A stretch of 63,220 nucleotides of DNA, filler included, from Licmophora abbreviata (Eukaryota): the NCBI GenBank assembly GCA_900291995.1. It is 17 parts of 17 records of this genome, joined end to end, with 100 filler letters (N's around TTAATTAATTAA, not from the genome) between each part and the next. Parts side by side here need not be neighbours in the genome. Positions count along the whole stretch, not along the records: positions 20,427 to 30,110 come from OLMU01005506.1; positions 30,211 to 31,249 come from OLMU01005507.1; positions 31,350 to 34,282 come from OLMU01005509.1; positions 34,383 to 37,840 come from OLMU01005510.1; 13 more parts are not named here. One strand, written 5' to 3'. Below are positions 23,722-36,679 of this stretch, in pieces; position 1 is the stretch's first letter; each line of letters begins with the position of its first letter. A program made the translations under genes and the position numbers. The notes under the pieces were generated by a model that made no database searches, was not told the DNA's origin, and worked only from the letters and a program-made list of their open reading frames with translations.

Positions 23722-24545
23722 ATGACGCCGCCTTCTTCTTCTCTTCTGTCTCTTGTCTCCTCGACTCTACTACTAGTACTAGCAACAGTGTTGTCTAGCA
23801 GGGGCAGTGTCGTGTCGGCGTTTGCGCCCACGAAGGCCTTTGTAGCGCCGACCGCCGGCCGCATCGTCCGTGGAGTTTCCTTGAAGGTGCGCGGCCCGTA
23901 CACATAAACTCCCTTGTTTTGTCCAAAGCTCACGCCCATTTCCACAATCTTCCGTTCCAGGCCGCCGAGAGCGAAGTCGCCTTTGGAAACTTGGACGGCA
24001 AGGACGTGCGCATTGGCATCGTGCACAGTCGCTGGAACGACGAGCACGTGACGAACCTCGTCGATGGCTGCAAGCAGGCCTTGACGGACTGCGGCGTCGT
24101 CGAGAGCAACACCTTTATCACCAGTGTCCCCGGATCCTTCGAGCTTCCCCTTGCGGCGCGCTTTCTGGCACTCTCGGGGACGGTCGATGCCATTGTGACC
24201 ATTGGAGTACTCGTCAAGGGAGAGACTATGCATTTTGAGTACATCAGTGAGTCTGTCAGTAGTGGACTTATGAGTGTGTCGCTTCAGACCTCCACGCCGG
24301 TTGTGTTCGGAGTATTGACTTGTTTGAATGAAGAACAAGTCAAGAAACGCAGTGTTGCGCCCAACAATCATGGCTACGATTGGGGCAAGACGGCGGTCGA
24401 AATGGCATTGCTAAGGAAAGAGGCATTGGGAAGTGCCAAGAAGACGAGTGCGCTCTTGGAATCCGTTGGATTCCAGAGTGGTGGGGCGGCGACGAACGGT
24501 ACTGCTGTTGGAGACGGAGAAAAGGAGCGTGTGGGTTTCTTTTAG
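23722..24545 (+). CDS. ribH: 6,7-dimethyl-8-ribityllumazine synthase, plastid-targeted; exons 23722-23886 and 23961-24545
   Basis: IGIVHSRWN, VPGSFELP, KGETMHFEYI, PVVFGVLT, NHGYDWG; signal peptide + VSA-FAP; GTGCGC...TTCCAG intron joins the frames. Confidence 0.95.
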
Positions 24546-24589
24546 ACACTAGCGTGTAAGAAAGAATAACACGTGGTAAGAATGTGCTA

Positions 24590-25441
24590 TCATGTCATGT
24601 CCCTTCTCTCCAACCCGAACTTCTCCGTCAGGGTCGTATGGACCCGTTCGTACATGACCATGCCACTTCCATTCGCAATGGTACTCCGCAGTAAGCCCGG
24701 CACGAGGCCACGAAACATCCGTCCACCCTGAATATTTTCCCTTAGCAACACCCACGACGACGAAGTCCGACTATAGTTCCCACTCTGTCGTTGCGTCTTG
24801 ACCACATCTACTGGCCACACCGTCAGCCACGCCAAGTTGGCACAAATGGCGCCCTTGGAGAATGGAGTCAGCGACGTACCGTCCTCCGTCATGAGCACAG
24901 CCGGTACGTACCCCGCACAGCATGCTTGTTTGGACAGATCCATGTACACGACAAAGGCTGCAAAGAGGGCCGTGTTTCGCGTCAAGGTCACAGCCGTCCC
25001 ATCGAGGACGTGAGACCACGACGTCCAGGTTCGTTCGACCTGCCGACGGGTCTTGAGAAAGTCGGTCGGTATTTCCACGAGGCCTCGTCCCAGTCCACCG
25101 GCAATGCCTGCTGCAATGACTTGCCAGTCAAAGAGGCCAAAGATGCGATACTCCTTGTGCGGGGTATTGTGGTCCTCCAGAAAGTGTTTGGCACGACCGC
25201 TGACTCCGAACTGCGCGGATCGCATGAGACTTCCTCCGAGGATGAGAGGCAGACCACCACGGTACAGGCCTGCGATGCCTTGTCGTCGAAATAGGTCGGT
25301 TGCTACGGAAAGCGCCCTTTGCTTGCCTGTCGACGGCAAACCTTGCATTCTTACTTTGACAGTGTCCCATGGTTGACCAGTCAGCACGGTTGCGAGACCG
25401 TAGGATGCTCCTGCGGCAAAGGTGACGAGAAACTCCGCCAT
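24590..25441 (-). CDS. Mitochondrial carrier (SLC25) family protein
   Basis: Three Px[D/E]xxKxRxQ motifs: PWDTVKVRMQ, PTDFLKTRRQ, PVDVVKTQRQ. Confidence 0.92.
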   Translation of the reverse strand: MAEFLVTFAAGASYGLATVLTGQPWDTVKVRMQGLPSTGKQRALSVATDLFRRQGIAGLYRGGLPLILGGSLMRSAQFGVSGRAKHFLEDHNTPHKEYRIFGLFDWQVIAAGIAGGLGRGLVEIPTDFLKTRRQVERTWTSWSHVLDGTAVTLTRNTALFAAFVVYMDLSKQACCAGYVPAVLMTEDGTSLTPFSKGAICANLAWLTVWPVDVVKTQRQSGNYSRTSSSWVLLRENIQGGRMFRGLVPGLLRSTIANGSGMVMYERVHTTLTEKFGLERRDMT

Positions 25442-26016
25442 GCGTGGAGTGCAATGGATTCGTATAGGTTCTTCTGGCACGATCTGTAGGACGATGTTTC
25501 AGAATTCAGACAGAAGTATTCATCCCACGCCCAATAAGTAGTGTCATCAGGAAAAGTCCATGTGGTAGAGATATTGACGTCTTGCGCGTTCCCGTTGCGA
25601 CCTATGGGTTTATTGCTAGAGGGACCTGGTACACGTTCATATGAAAAGGTCAGCCCAGCACGCCTTTCATCGCATCATGTGTGATGGTCATTGTGTTGTG
25701 ATGACAAAAACGAGAGAGGTGCGCGCTGGGCCGTGCCGGTTGGCGTACAGACAAGCGTGATTCTTCGACTCGTTCGACCCATTTCCAAGATTCTCGCGCG
25801 CTGTTCGCACGCATCTCGTCGCAGACATTCGCTCCTCCGACTTTGAACTTCCACTCCGCCAGTTCGGAAATTGAAAATGCTGCACACGGCCGTTGGTCAC
25901 ACACACCTCACAACCACGCACCACCGTCGCCGTGAACACTCGCACTCGTTTCTACTCCTCTGCTTCACGTCTCGTCTGCTTGTTGAGTCCGTCAGTCACT
26001 CTTTTTGTCTGCTACC

Positions 26017-27177
26017 ATGCCCACGCCCTCTGTTGCTGCAGGCGCCCCTCGAAGCAGTCCTGCTGCTCGGCCACGGTCCGCCACCACCTGTGCCTGGCTC
26101 AAGCCCAGCTTGTTGGTGGTCTTGATTCTCATGCTCGGCCTCGTCCTTGTCGAAGTCTTTGAAGTCAATCACATGGTCTGCAAGGGTCTCCCTCGCGGAG
26201 ATCGTGCGATTCACGAGGAAGCAATAACGGACACGGGTGGTGGTACTCGTGGAGCCGCCAAGGACGAAGCTGCTTCCCGCTCCACTGCCCTTGCTGCGCG
26301 AGACTCGCTCGGCTTCTTTCAGGGCATTCCAGACTCCCTTTGGAACGAACGTCGCCGCATTGCTCGCGCCCGTCCTCATCACATGAATCCACTCACCCCC
26401 CTAGCCAACCGCTTCAGCCCCAAGGCGTGGTATCAGATGAACTGGGAACCGACACTCACCTGTTTGAATGAAAACATGATTGGAAACATGGGAGATGGAC
26501 ACAAGTGGGTGTGTGATCCCAAGAGGGTGGAAGAGCAATCGCAAGAGCGAATTGCCAATGACAAAGAGGGATGTTTGGTCTATAGCATTGGATCGTCCGG
26601 ACAGTTTGGCTTTGAAGTCGATGTGCAAAAGTACATGCCGAGTTGCGAAATACATACGTTTGATTTTACCAATTTTCAGAGGCAGATACCAGCAGGTCTC
26701 AATATTTCCTATCATGTGTGGGGACTCAAGGCATCGTACGACGAAGAGGATGAAAATTCGCTCCGGCCGCAGAGAGGATTCTCCGAAGGCTTTGCCACGC
26801 CGCTCTGGAAACAACGGAACCCCAACGGCATCTTCAAGACCATTCAAGAGAGCATGAAGGAACTGGGTCACACGGATCGCACGATTGACATTTTCAAGAT
26901 CGATTGTGAAGGCTGTGAGTGGTTCTCATGGAAGGATTGGGTCGATCCCGCGGTCGACATTCGACAGATTCAAGTCGAAGTGCACGATACGCCACCAATG
27001 GCCGACAACTTCTTTCAGGGTCTGTTTGATGCCAATTTTGCCATGTTTCACAAGGAGCCCAACATTCAGTACGCTGATGGAAACTGTGTCGAGTTTAGTT
27101 TTCAGAGGATGGCGCCAAGCTTCTTCGGGACGGACAAGGAGAGAGAAGAAGCAAAGAACATGATCGTCGCTAGATAG
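26017..27177 (+). CDS. Methyltransf_22/METTL24-like type II membrane methyltransferase
   Basis: GDGHKWVCDP, CLVYSIGS, CEIHTFD, IDIFKIDCEGCEW, RQIQVEVH, FHKEPN; N-terminal TM anchor. Confidence 0.85.
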   Translation: MPTPSVAAGAPRSSPAARPRSATTCAWLKPSLLVVLILMLGLVLVEVFEVNHMVCKGLPRGDRAIHEEAITDTGGGTRGAAKDEAASRSTALAARDSLGFFQGIPDSLWNERRRIARARPHHMNPLTPLANRFSPKAWYQMNWEPTLTCLNENMIGNMGDGHKWVCDPKRVEEQSQERIANDKEGCLVYSIGSSGQFGFEVDVQKYMPSCEIHTFDFTNFQRQIPAGLNISYHVWGLKASYDEEDENSLRPQRGFSEGFATPLWKQRNPNGIFKTIQESMKELGHTDRTIDIFKIDCEGCEWFSWKDWVDPAVDIRQIQVEVHDTPPMADNFFQGLFDANFAMFHKEPNIQYADGNCVEFSFQRMAPSFFGTDKEREEAKNMIVAR

Positions 27178-27539
27178 CTTATCCAAATTGATCAAAATGG
27201 CTGGTGGCTTGTTGCGGGAACGTGTAGGGACCATAGAAGCTAATGTGGACGGAGACTCGTGTCGAAAGAGAGGAATCGTACATCTACAGTAGAAGAAGAA
27301 TACAATCATTGACTCTCTGGTATTTCTATGGAATGTGACATGGCTGGAACCGGTAACTCGCTTCCCTGGTAAGACCATGATACCGGTATGGCCGTGTGTG
27401 TGTGTGCTCACAAAAGCGCAGAGCTCTGCGGTGTCGTAATGCCACTTCCGGGTTCTAGCCGATTTGAAGCGACGAGGATACGATCAGCACCATCATGTCG
27501 TGGTTCAAAGTTACATCGTCGCTCGATAGACTGCAAACG

Positions 27540-28271
27540 ATGCGTATCTGCGTTACTCTCTCGTTATTGGGCTTGTGGTGGGCAGCTTCTGCCGTAGCCT
27601 TTTCGTCTGTTCAGCTGAGACAACGTACGGCTTCTCCTTGTATTCACCGCTTCAACCGTGATGACATGCACCATCAGCAGTCCAGCAGCAGCAGCAGCAG
27701 CTTGGTCCTGCAAAGCACGCCGTCGAGTGCAGGAGCCGCGGCCTGCTGGGCGGTGGGCCATGTGATTGGAGGCTCCTTGGGGACACCCATTGTCGCAAAG
27801 GCAATCAAGCGATGGTACAAGAAAATTTCTCTCCCAACCTGGACTCCGCCCGATCGAATCTTTGCCCCAATGTGGACCTTCCTTTACGCGTGCATGGGAG
27901 TGTCGACCTTTCGAATTTACGATAACCTGGGAAGAACGCTCAAGGCGATCCCGATGGTTGTATGGTTCCTCCATTACGCGCTTAACTTGACCTGGGCTCC
28001 CGTCTTCTTCGGACTCAAGAGGTTTCGAGCGGGTTTGATCATCAACTGCTTGATGCTCGCCTTGTTGGCGTGGCTTCTACCAGTCTTTTACGAGGTTGAC
28101 AAAGTGGCGTCGCTATTGTTGGTCCCCTACACGGTGTGGCTCAGTTTTGCTACGGTGCTCAACTATGCGATTTGCAAGCGGAATCCTGTCTCGGATGGGT
28201 ACAGCAATGCCATGTTTCAGGATGACCTATCTCAGCTGCAGGAAGATGCAGCCAAGTACTCAGGCCTTTAG
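27540..28271 (+). CDS. TSPO: TspO/MBR (translocator protein) with a bipartite-like presequence
   Basis: WY..I.LPTWTPP..IFAPMWTFLY, LNLTWAPVFFG, LLVPY.VWL.FAT.LN; signal peptide ending AVA-FSS. Confidence 0.92.
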   Translation: MRICVTLSLLGLWWAASAVAFSSVQLRQRTASPCIHRFNRDDMHHQQSSSSSSSLVLQSTPSSAGAAACWAVGHVIGGSLGTPIVAKAIKRWYKKISLPTWTPPDRIFAPMWTFLYACMGVSTFRIYDNLGRTLKAIPMVVWFLHYALNLTWAPVFFGLKRFRAGLIINCLMLALLAWLLPVFYEVDKVASLLLVPYTVWLSFATVLNYAICKRNPVSDGYSNAMFQDDLSQLQEDAAKYSGL

Positions 28272-28384
28272 TCCATTCGATGCCTGCTACTACACCCACC
28301 AGTCGTTTCATCACACAAATTGTCAATGGAACGCTTCACTGATAATGTTCACGCCTTCGCTTAGCTACTAGTAGTAGACAAAGA

Positions 28385-29835
<1,451 letters not shown>

Positions 29836-30210
29836 CGTTCGTGTTGTCAATTTCAAATTTGAATGGATGTGGGTCCCTGAAAATTCTCTGCTGGCAGTTT
29901 CGGCAGTGGTGAAGACCGGAGACCTGTGTTTCTCTCTGTCGCCGCTGCTAGTCAGTGTTTAGTAATATGATGGTGGTGATGATGAATGAAACATGATCTC
30001 TCACAAGAAATTGGAGCATGAACAACAGCTGCGATGAGGAGGTTCACATCCAGGATCCAGGAGGCGCTTCGCCGCTGCGTGGTGGTTGGTGATTGGGTTA
30101 TGAGTCGTCTNNNNNNNNNNNNNNNNNNNNNNNNNNNNNNNNNNNNNNNNNNNNTTAATTAATTAANNNNNNNNNNNNNNNNNNNNNNNNNNNNNNNNNN
30201 NNNNNNNNNN

Positions 30211-30900
30211 TAAACTCTAATCCATGGCCCCTGAGGGGCCATTCTCCAACGTAGGTCTACATCGCACTTGACCCGACCTCCCTCAACCAGCTATTCTCTG
30301 ATAGCAGGGAACACCAGGCCGGGCAGTCACCGATCGTGGGAGGCGTGCTTGGACGACCGCTACAATGGGCGTGTAGTGGCCCATCATTCTCTCTCTCTCC
30401 TTCAACAATTCTAATCATGTAGACGCCTTTCAAGAATGAGCTATTTTGACAAACTTAATCCGTACTCCGCCTTACTTCCGTGCCAGTACACTACTTGGAA
30501 TATAGCCAGCACATCCGTATGCGTCGTGTCCTCAACTGTCGCAATGATTAATCGAGTACCGGTCTCGTCGTGGATTGCGCAAGCAGCTGGGTTGCTTTCG
30601 ATACGCAAGATGATGAAATGGATCCGTAAGAAATATCCCCGCAATTCTCGTCGTTGGTTGCTGCGAGAACTTGTCTGAACGCGCCAGATCAAGCGAAAAG
30701 GAAGTTTTGTTAGCGGCTTCGAGCAAGGGTCGCTCATCTGGGAAAAAGTCATATCAGGAGTCCTATCACGTCTTCCTCTTTCAAGCCTTTCTGCCCTGTC
30801 GTGCTGACGATTCATGAGCATGGCTGAATCCGTAACCACTCAGGTCGACTTCTTCCGCAATAAAGTATTGGCCCTGCTTTTTCGTCCCGAAACGTGAAAC
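30211..30900 (-). mobile_element. Possible degenerate 3' end of an LTR retrotransposon (PPT + start of LTR)
   Basis: Minus strand shows the purine tract GAAGGAGAGAGAGAGAA (30403-30387) followed directly by TG; upstream MSDPCSKPL weakly resembles the copia RNase H AD..TKPL motif. Confidence 0.25.
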
Positions 30901-31349
30901 AATTCCATGGTGTCCTAAATTGCGACGCCTTAATCCTCCACGGTGGTGTCAAAGGTCCAATATCCGCACAAATTCTCGTAAGCAGTTCAGGTGGTGGCGA
31001 TTCAGCCGCTGGTGGCAGAGCTCCGATTCCATGGACACGCACTTCAGCCACTCCGCCACCACAAGGCAACGCATGTCGGCGTGCGTCCAGGAGCAGCCGC
31101 TGTCCTCGGCACCCGCCCCCTTCCACTCTTATAGGATTTCAACAAATCAATCTTCCAGGTGAGAGCTAGAGTAGAGATCATCGCAGGGACCGAAAGCTAC
31201 ATATCTCCCATGCTTGTCTCGGTTCGTTCATGTCGCAATCATCAACAATNNNNNNNNNNNNNNNNNNNNNNNNNNNNNNNNNNNNNNNNNNNNTTAATTA
31301 ATTAANNNNNNNNNNNNNNNNNNNNNNNNNNNNNNNNNNNNNNNNNNNN

Positions 31350-32346
31350 CGACGGTACGTATCGATCGGTATAGTCTGAAAATCCGTTTTGATCGATTTC
31401 AATGAGAGGCCCTGATCTCGATCACTGCTTCTTCTCGCACACAGGTGAATGCGCTGGAAAGCTTGAATGCTTCCTTCGATCGGGAAATCAGGAAGTCCCG
31501 GGCTGCTCCATTGGGCCGAGCACTAGAAGTGGAATCGACTATTGCTATGACCCAGCAGACGGCAGCGGTGGAGGTACAGGCGGAGGAGGTGGAGGTACAG
31601 GCGGCGGAGGTACGGGCGGCGGCGGCTCCAAGAAACTGGTCATCAGAGGAAATAACGGAAAGCCAGGTGATAGATTCCCGCTTGGCATGTGCGAGGGTGA
31701 TTGCGACAACGACAGCGAATGCGCGGGAAGTCTTCGCTGCTTTGACAAGAACGGCCCGAAAACTGTCCCCGGCTGTGACGGTACGAGATCAGGCTCCCAA
31801 GATTATTGCTACGATCCAAACGCTGGTTCTGGCTCTGGTCCTGGTCCAAACCCTGGTCCTACCCCCTCTCCTGTTTCTGCGCCGCCACCTTCGGGGAAGG
31901 CTTTCCGTCTCAAGCTATATTGGGAGAAAGGATACTTTTGGCAAGAGGAAAGGTCTGAGCGAAAGTGGTGCATGGAGTGTTGCGGTGGCGGGTGTGGCAA
32001 CGGCGACTGTGTGAAGATTAGGAAGTGCGATGGAGGCAACACCAAGTGGGAATTGCGAAGCGTGGGCGGCAACCGGTTCGCCATCAAAGTCAGTAACAAA
32101 GACCTTTGTTTGACCTTAGACGGGCGACGCACTATTCGACTAAGGGACTGCAAAAGTTCGAACTCCAAACAGCATTGGTGGGCATCGCGTGGTAGTTTCA
32201 GCGGAAGCAGGTTTGAGATACATCCTGTGACAAGGAATGGATGTATTACTCAGCATCATCATCCCAGAGACGGCGAGGAGATCCGTGTTGACAGTGGATG
32301 TGTTCTTGCTCGAAAATGGGATACCTCTTTCTGGAACAAGTATTAA
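31350..32346 (+). CDS. Frustulin-like cell-wall protein 1 (acr domains, poly-Gly and Pro linkers, Trp-rich C-terminal domain); 5' end lost; intron 31355-31444
   Basis: acr motif PLGMCEGDCDNDSECAGSLRCF...VPGC...DYC; FRLKLYWEKGYFWQEE...KWCM...FWNKY. Confidence 0.9.
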
Positions 32347-33881
32347 AGAGTTTAGTAATTCGATTTTGAACTAGGTTGCATAGAAGGGACTAGAGAAGTG
32401 AGTCGCCCTCGAGCACACGAGCCGACCGTCTCCGTGCTTCGGTGAAAGCACATCAATTTGTCGTTTTTGAGCCCCGGACTAAAAGCAACATATCACCGGT
32501 TTACGCTTGCTTCGAACAGGGAAGACGCGAGATGGGAGGAGCGTGGCTGCTTCTCTCGTTTCCTACCCGGCTGCGGTTACCCTTTTGTAACGTTTGGTCG
32601 AGTATCGATTCTGAACGACAATTCACCAGTTTACTCTTGCGGATTCCACTGTGTAGATACTATGAGCCAAGGAGCGAAAAAAGAAGGCGGGCAAACCGGT
32701 GGGAATTATGCGATAAGAAATGGATATGATGCTGCAAGTTTACGAGTTTGGATGTCTTGTTCTGGCTTAGATGCTGGTACTCGTGCGGCGTGGAGTCCAG
32801 CTCCCTTGAACATGCCCGTAGTTAAAGTCACCATAGAGGCTGCAAGGCACCAGGTACGAGTAATGGGGATGAGACGCAGTCGCCCTCCCTAACATACAGG
32901 TACCGGTACTTGCCGTACAAGGTCCTCGACTCGTAGCCTGTAGCCCAGGGCTTTAGAAGGCATGAGTACGACGTATATGAGTGACGAAAATGTTAGGGTT
33001 GCCGTACAGGGTATCGCTACCGACAGACTAGCCCGCTTACCTCGTACCGGTATCAGGTACAGTACCTGTACCCTTTCGGAAAAATGCCTGGTGCGGTTAC
33101 CGGTAGGGGCCTATTAAACATAGCGCTACATGTAAACCACTGGATCGAGAGCGGCATGAGCGTACGATACCGGTACCGGTATGAAATAAGTTATGGTATT
33201 ATGCCTGGTATGATAGCGCAAGTTGAGTATGATATGACAACTATATATGTGTCGAAGTCTCCGTTGCATTTCCGTTGTTGACCATGCTGGCGCAATGTTT
33301 AAACGAATATTTATTATTACCTTAAAACCATATTCACTTATTAAAACTACTTGTAGATATACTAGTTTTGCGTTGGTACTAAAGTCCATCCACAGCTTGA
33401 AGCTCCTCTCGCCAAAACCGACACACGCCTGTGACAATTTTTCCACCCCATTCACAATAAATTGAGTAGATACGTAGATACTCATATTCCCTGGTACAGA
33501 TTCAACGAATGGGACGGATTGTCGCCGATAGCTACAGTGAACTGTATACAAAATATGTCAAGAAAAAGTGATAGTGAGAAAATACTTAAGGGGTAAAAGT
33601 AGAGCATTATGCATGAAAGTACTCACTTTAGATTAAAATTATTATTCTTGTGACTTAATAAATGCGTATGCAGCTTCTGATGCCATCCGAGTCCAATCGC
33701 GGGCCGGCAAAAATTTGGAGATTGAAATTTCGGAAATTTCGCATGCAAGTCATTGAACATCACCGCATTCTCCTCACAATTTCCCGATTCCACTGTAGTT
33801 CACAGTTTCACAGGCAACGACCTGTGCTCGATCATCTCCAGCCTCGTGCGAAAACTTGCTTGAAGACGTCCACGTGAAGCC

Positions 33882-35094
33882 ATGATGAGAGTTTTCGGTC
33901 TGGTATTCGCACTGGCTTCTGCTGTTGCCTTGGCGGCGCTCGTCGCAGTATTCTTTCATGAGAACGCTATCACCGGCCCCGGATACACGGGCGAGAACTC
34001 GAGTTTGGGTGAGGATACCAAGGAATCCTCCGCTCACTTCGCGACGCTCTTCGGCTTCTTGTCCAGAGACGACGGTCCGGAGTACAGCGAACAAGATGCT
34101 CTTGATCTAGAGACTCTAATGCTTGAGTTTGGAGACGTCGAGCACCACTTAGGCGCAGAAGACTTGGAGTTGGAGGGCTTGGAAGAGGATAGGCGGCTCC
34201 AGGTGGGCCCAGAAATGAAAGAGGTTGGAAACAATGGGAAAGGGCCATTTCCACTCGGACGTTGTCTCGGTGACTGCGATAANNNNNNNNNNNNNNNNNN
34301 NNNNNNNNNNNNNNNNNNNNNNNNNNTTAATTAATTAANNNNNNNNNNNNNNNNNNNNNNNNNNNNNNNNNNNNNNNNNNNNCGCGGGAAATCTTCGCTG
34401 CTTTGACAACGACGGCCCGCTGACCGTCCCCGGCTGTGGCGGCACAAGAGTGAATCAACAAGATTATTGCTACGATCCAAACGCTGGTTCTGGTCCAGGT
34501 CCTACCCCTTCTCCTGTTTCTAATCCTACCCCATCTCCTGTCTCTGGTCCTACCCCGTCTCCTGTTTCTAATCCTACCCCATCTCCTGTTTCACCTCCTA
34601 CCCCTTCTCCTGTTCCTCCTCCTACCCCCTCTCCTCTCTCCGGGGGATCTTTCCGTCTCAAGCTGTATTGGGAGCAAGGATACTTTTGGCAAGAGGAAAC
34701 ATTTGAGCGAGAGTGGTGTATGGAGTGTTGTGGTGGCGGGTGCGATGACGGAGACTGTGTGAAGATTAGGAAGTGCGATGGAGGCAACACCAAGTGGGAA
34801 TTGCGAAGTGTGGGCGGCAACCGCTTCGCCATCAAAGTCAGTAACAAAGACCTTTGTTTGACCTTGGACGGGAACCGCAAAGTTCGAATTAGAGACTGCG
34901 ACAGTGCCGATTCTAAACAGCATTGGTGGGCATCGCGTGGTAGTTTCAGCGGAAGCAGGTTTGAGATTCATCCGCTGACAAAAAATGGATGTATTACTCA
35001 GCATCATCATCCTAGGGACGGTGAAGAGATCTTTATTGACACTGGATGTGTTCTTGCTCGAAAATGGGATACCGGTTACTGGAACAAGTATTAA
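33882..35094 (+). CDS. Frustulin-like cell-wall protein 2 (signal peptide, acidic pro-region ending DRRL, one visible acr domain, PTPSPV repeats, Trp-rich domain); spans spacer 34283-34382
   Basis: PLGRCLGDCD...AGNLRCF..VPGC..DYC; C-terminus closely similar to 31350-32346. Confidence 0.9.
34501..34644 (+). repeat. Six 24-nt coding tandem repeats (PTPSPVSx)
   Basis: CCTACCCCxTCTCCTGTxTCx repeated; PTPSPVSN/SG/SN/SP/PP/LSG. Confidence 0.9.
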
Positions 35095-35461
35095 TGTGTT
35101 AAGAAGAGTTAAGTAGTGAGTCGATTTTGGAGTAGGTTGCAATATAGAAGTGGTCAGAGGAGTCGTCATCAAGCACACGAGCGAACCGCCTCCGCATCGC
35201 ATAGCGGTGAAAGGACATCAATTGATCGTTTAGGAGCCACGGACTAGTGCATCATGGTAGACCTACGTAGAGGGCTCGGGTGCTCTCGTGCCCGCTGATG
35301 ACGACCTCCCAGGCTTACGCTGAACGAAGCGCATTAGTTCTCCTTACTACGAGGCATATTTCGCATGCGAAGGGGGCAAAGGCAAAGGAAAATCAAGTAA
35401 GCATTATGGATAGCTTACTTTCTGCCCAAGAGCCCTACATGGTATCATCCTTCTCTCCAAT

Positions 35462-36392
35462 CTAACCCCGCTTCCCTCGTCGACGAGGGCCACTCGCACT
35501 GGGGGAAGTTGCACCTCCTCCTGCAGCAGGCCTCGACGCCGCCGCCGTACCAGCGCCGACGGCTTGCGGCGCACCATCACTCTGTTGCCCTTGTTGTTGC
35601 TGTTGACCTTCTTCTCCTGCTGCTCCAGACTGGAGGAATTGCATGACAATAAACGCTGCGATAATGTACCAGTAGCGCTGGAAGAAGCTCTTGGGTGCCT
35701 CTTGTTCCATGTCTGGGTCAAACGTGGCGTCCTTATTACTACGAGGAAAGAATTTCATTCCACCCGGTGGTTTGGAATTCGGCAGAACAACGGGAAGAGT
35801 CATTCCCGGCGTGGATGTTTCATAGGAAATCTTGGATTCGAACGAGTCCCTGATGGGCCACGATGTAGAGTCCTCCTCGAGCTCACGACAGGTCGGTGCC
35901 AAGGGTGATACGAGGGGATCGTACGTCACTGAAAGGATCGAACCAGACGGGCCCAGCGTCACAATAATCTCGTCTCTAATTTGGGAAAATGTGAATACAA
36001 CAACAGACATAATCAGTGCGGCCGACTTCTGTGCCCACCAACCACTGCCTGAGTTCGTACCTGTAGTTCGCGCGGCGCAACTGGCATGCCGAGACGCTTG
36101 TCATGGCATACTGATCTGGATTCGAATCGTCCACTAGTTTGAGCTGATAGAAACCATTGACATCTTTCGAGGGAGGAGGAGCAGCCTGATTGTCGACCGA
36201 CACTTGCAAGTCGTCAGCCTCGTCGACAGCCAGCGTAACTTGCCCTCGCTTTCGAAACTCGCTCTGTCCATCCCACGAATCAAATATTGAGAACGTCTTC
36301 TTCTCTGTCACTGCCCTGGTGTATGACACGGCCAACAACAAAACGAGAAAGACCAGAGGCCTAAGGCCAAGGAACGCCGCTAGCTCTCCCAT
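35462..36392 (-). CDS. EMC10: ER membrane protein complex subunit 10-like; intron 35976-36060
   Basis: Signal peptide, F.KRG, TSVSACQL...Y|RDEI, KSFFQRYWYII TM, Gly/Gln-rich tail. Confidence 0.82.
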
Positions 36393-36679
36393 CGTCACAC
36401 TTTGGCCTTTTGGCGGTGAGCGCTGTGGCTGCAAAAGAAAACTGTTTCCTGGGCAAACACAAAGATGCCGGACTCCTTTCCTGAATCTTTCGACCCAGAA
36501 TTGGGGTTCGTACGCTGCGAACTACGATGGTGTATTTCTTTAAGTAGATTCTTATATACTACTTCACAACTTAATATTATTCAATATAACTAGTCGTTGC
36601 TTCCAAGTTTGGCGAGCACCCCGAGCGGCAAGCGAGAAACTCACAAAACCCGAAACTCTTCGTGATCTCCTTGTCGACC

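Noticed and set aside
23887..23960. Apparent ribH frameshift or split ORF
   Set aside because: Explained by a canonical 74-nt intron
30222..30233. CATGGCCCCTG resembling U6 snRNA
   Set aside because: No ACAGAGA box or other U6 sequence nearby
30296..30350. Hammerhead or HDV ribozyme cores
   Set aside because: CTGATAG lacks the CUGANGA...GAAA core, and HDV P1/P3 pairings could not be built
33126..33551. 141-aa minus-strand ORF in the AT-rich island
   Set aside because: Non-ATG start, atypical composition, no recognisable domain
33724..33740. GAAATTTCGGAAATTTC as a heat-shock element
   Set aside because: Spacing between the units is 1 nt rather than the canonical 2; too weak to call
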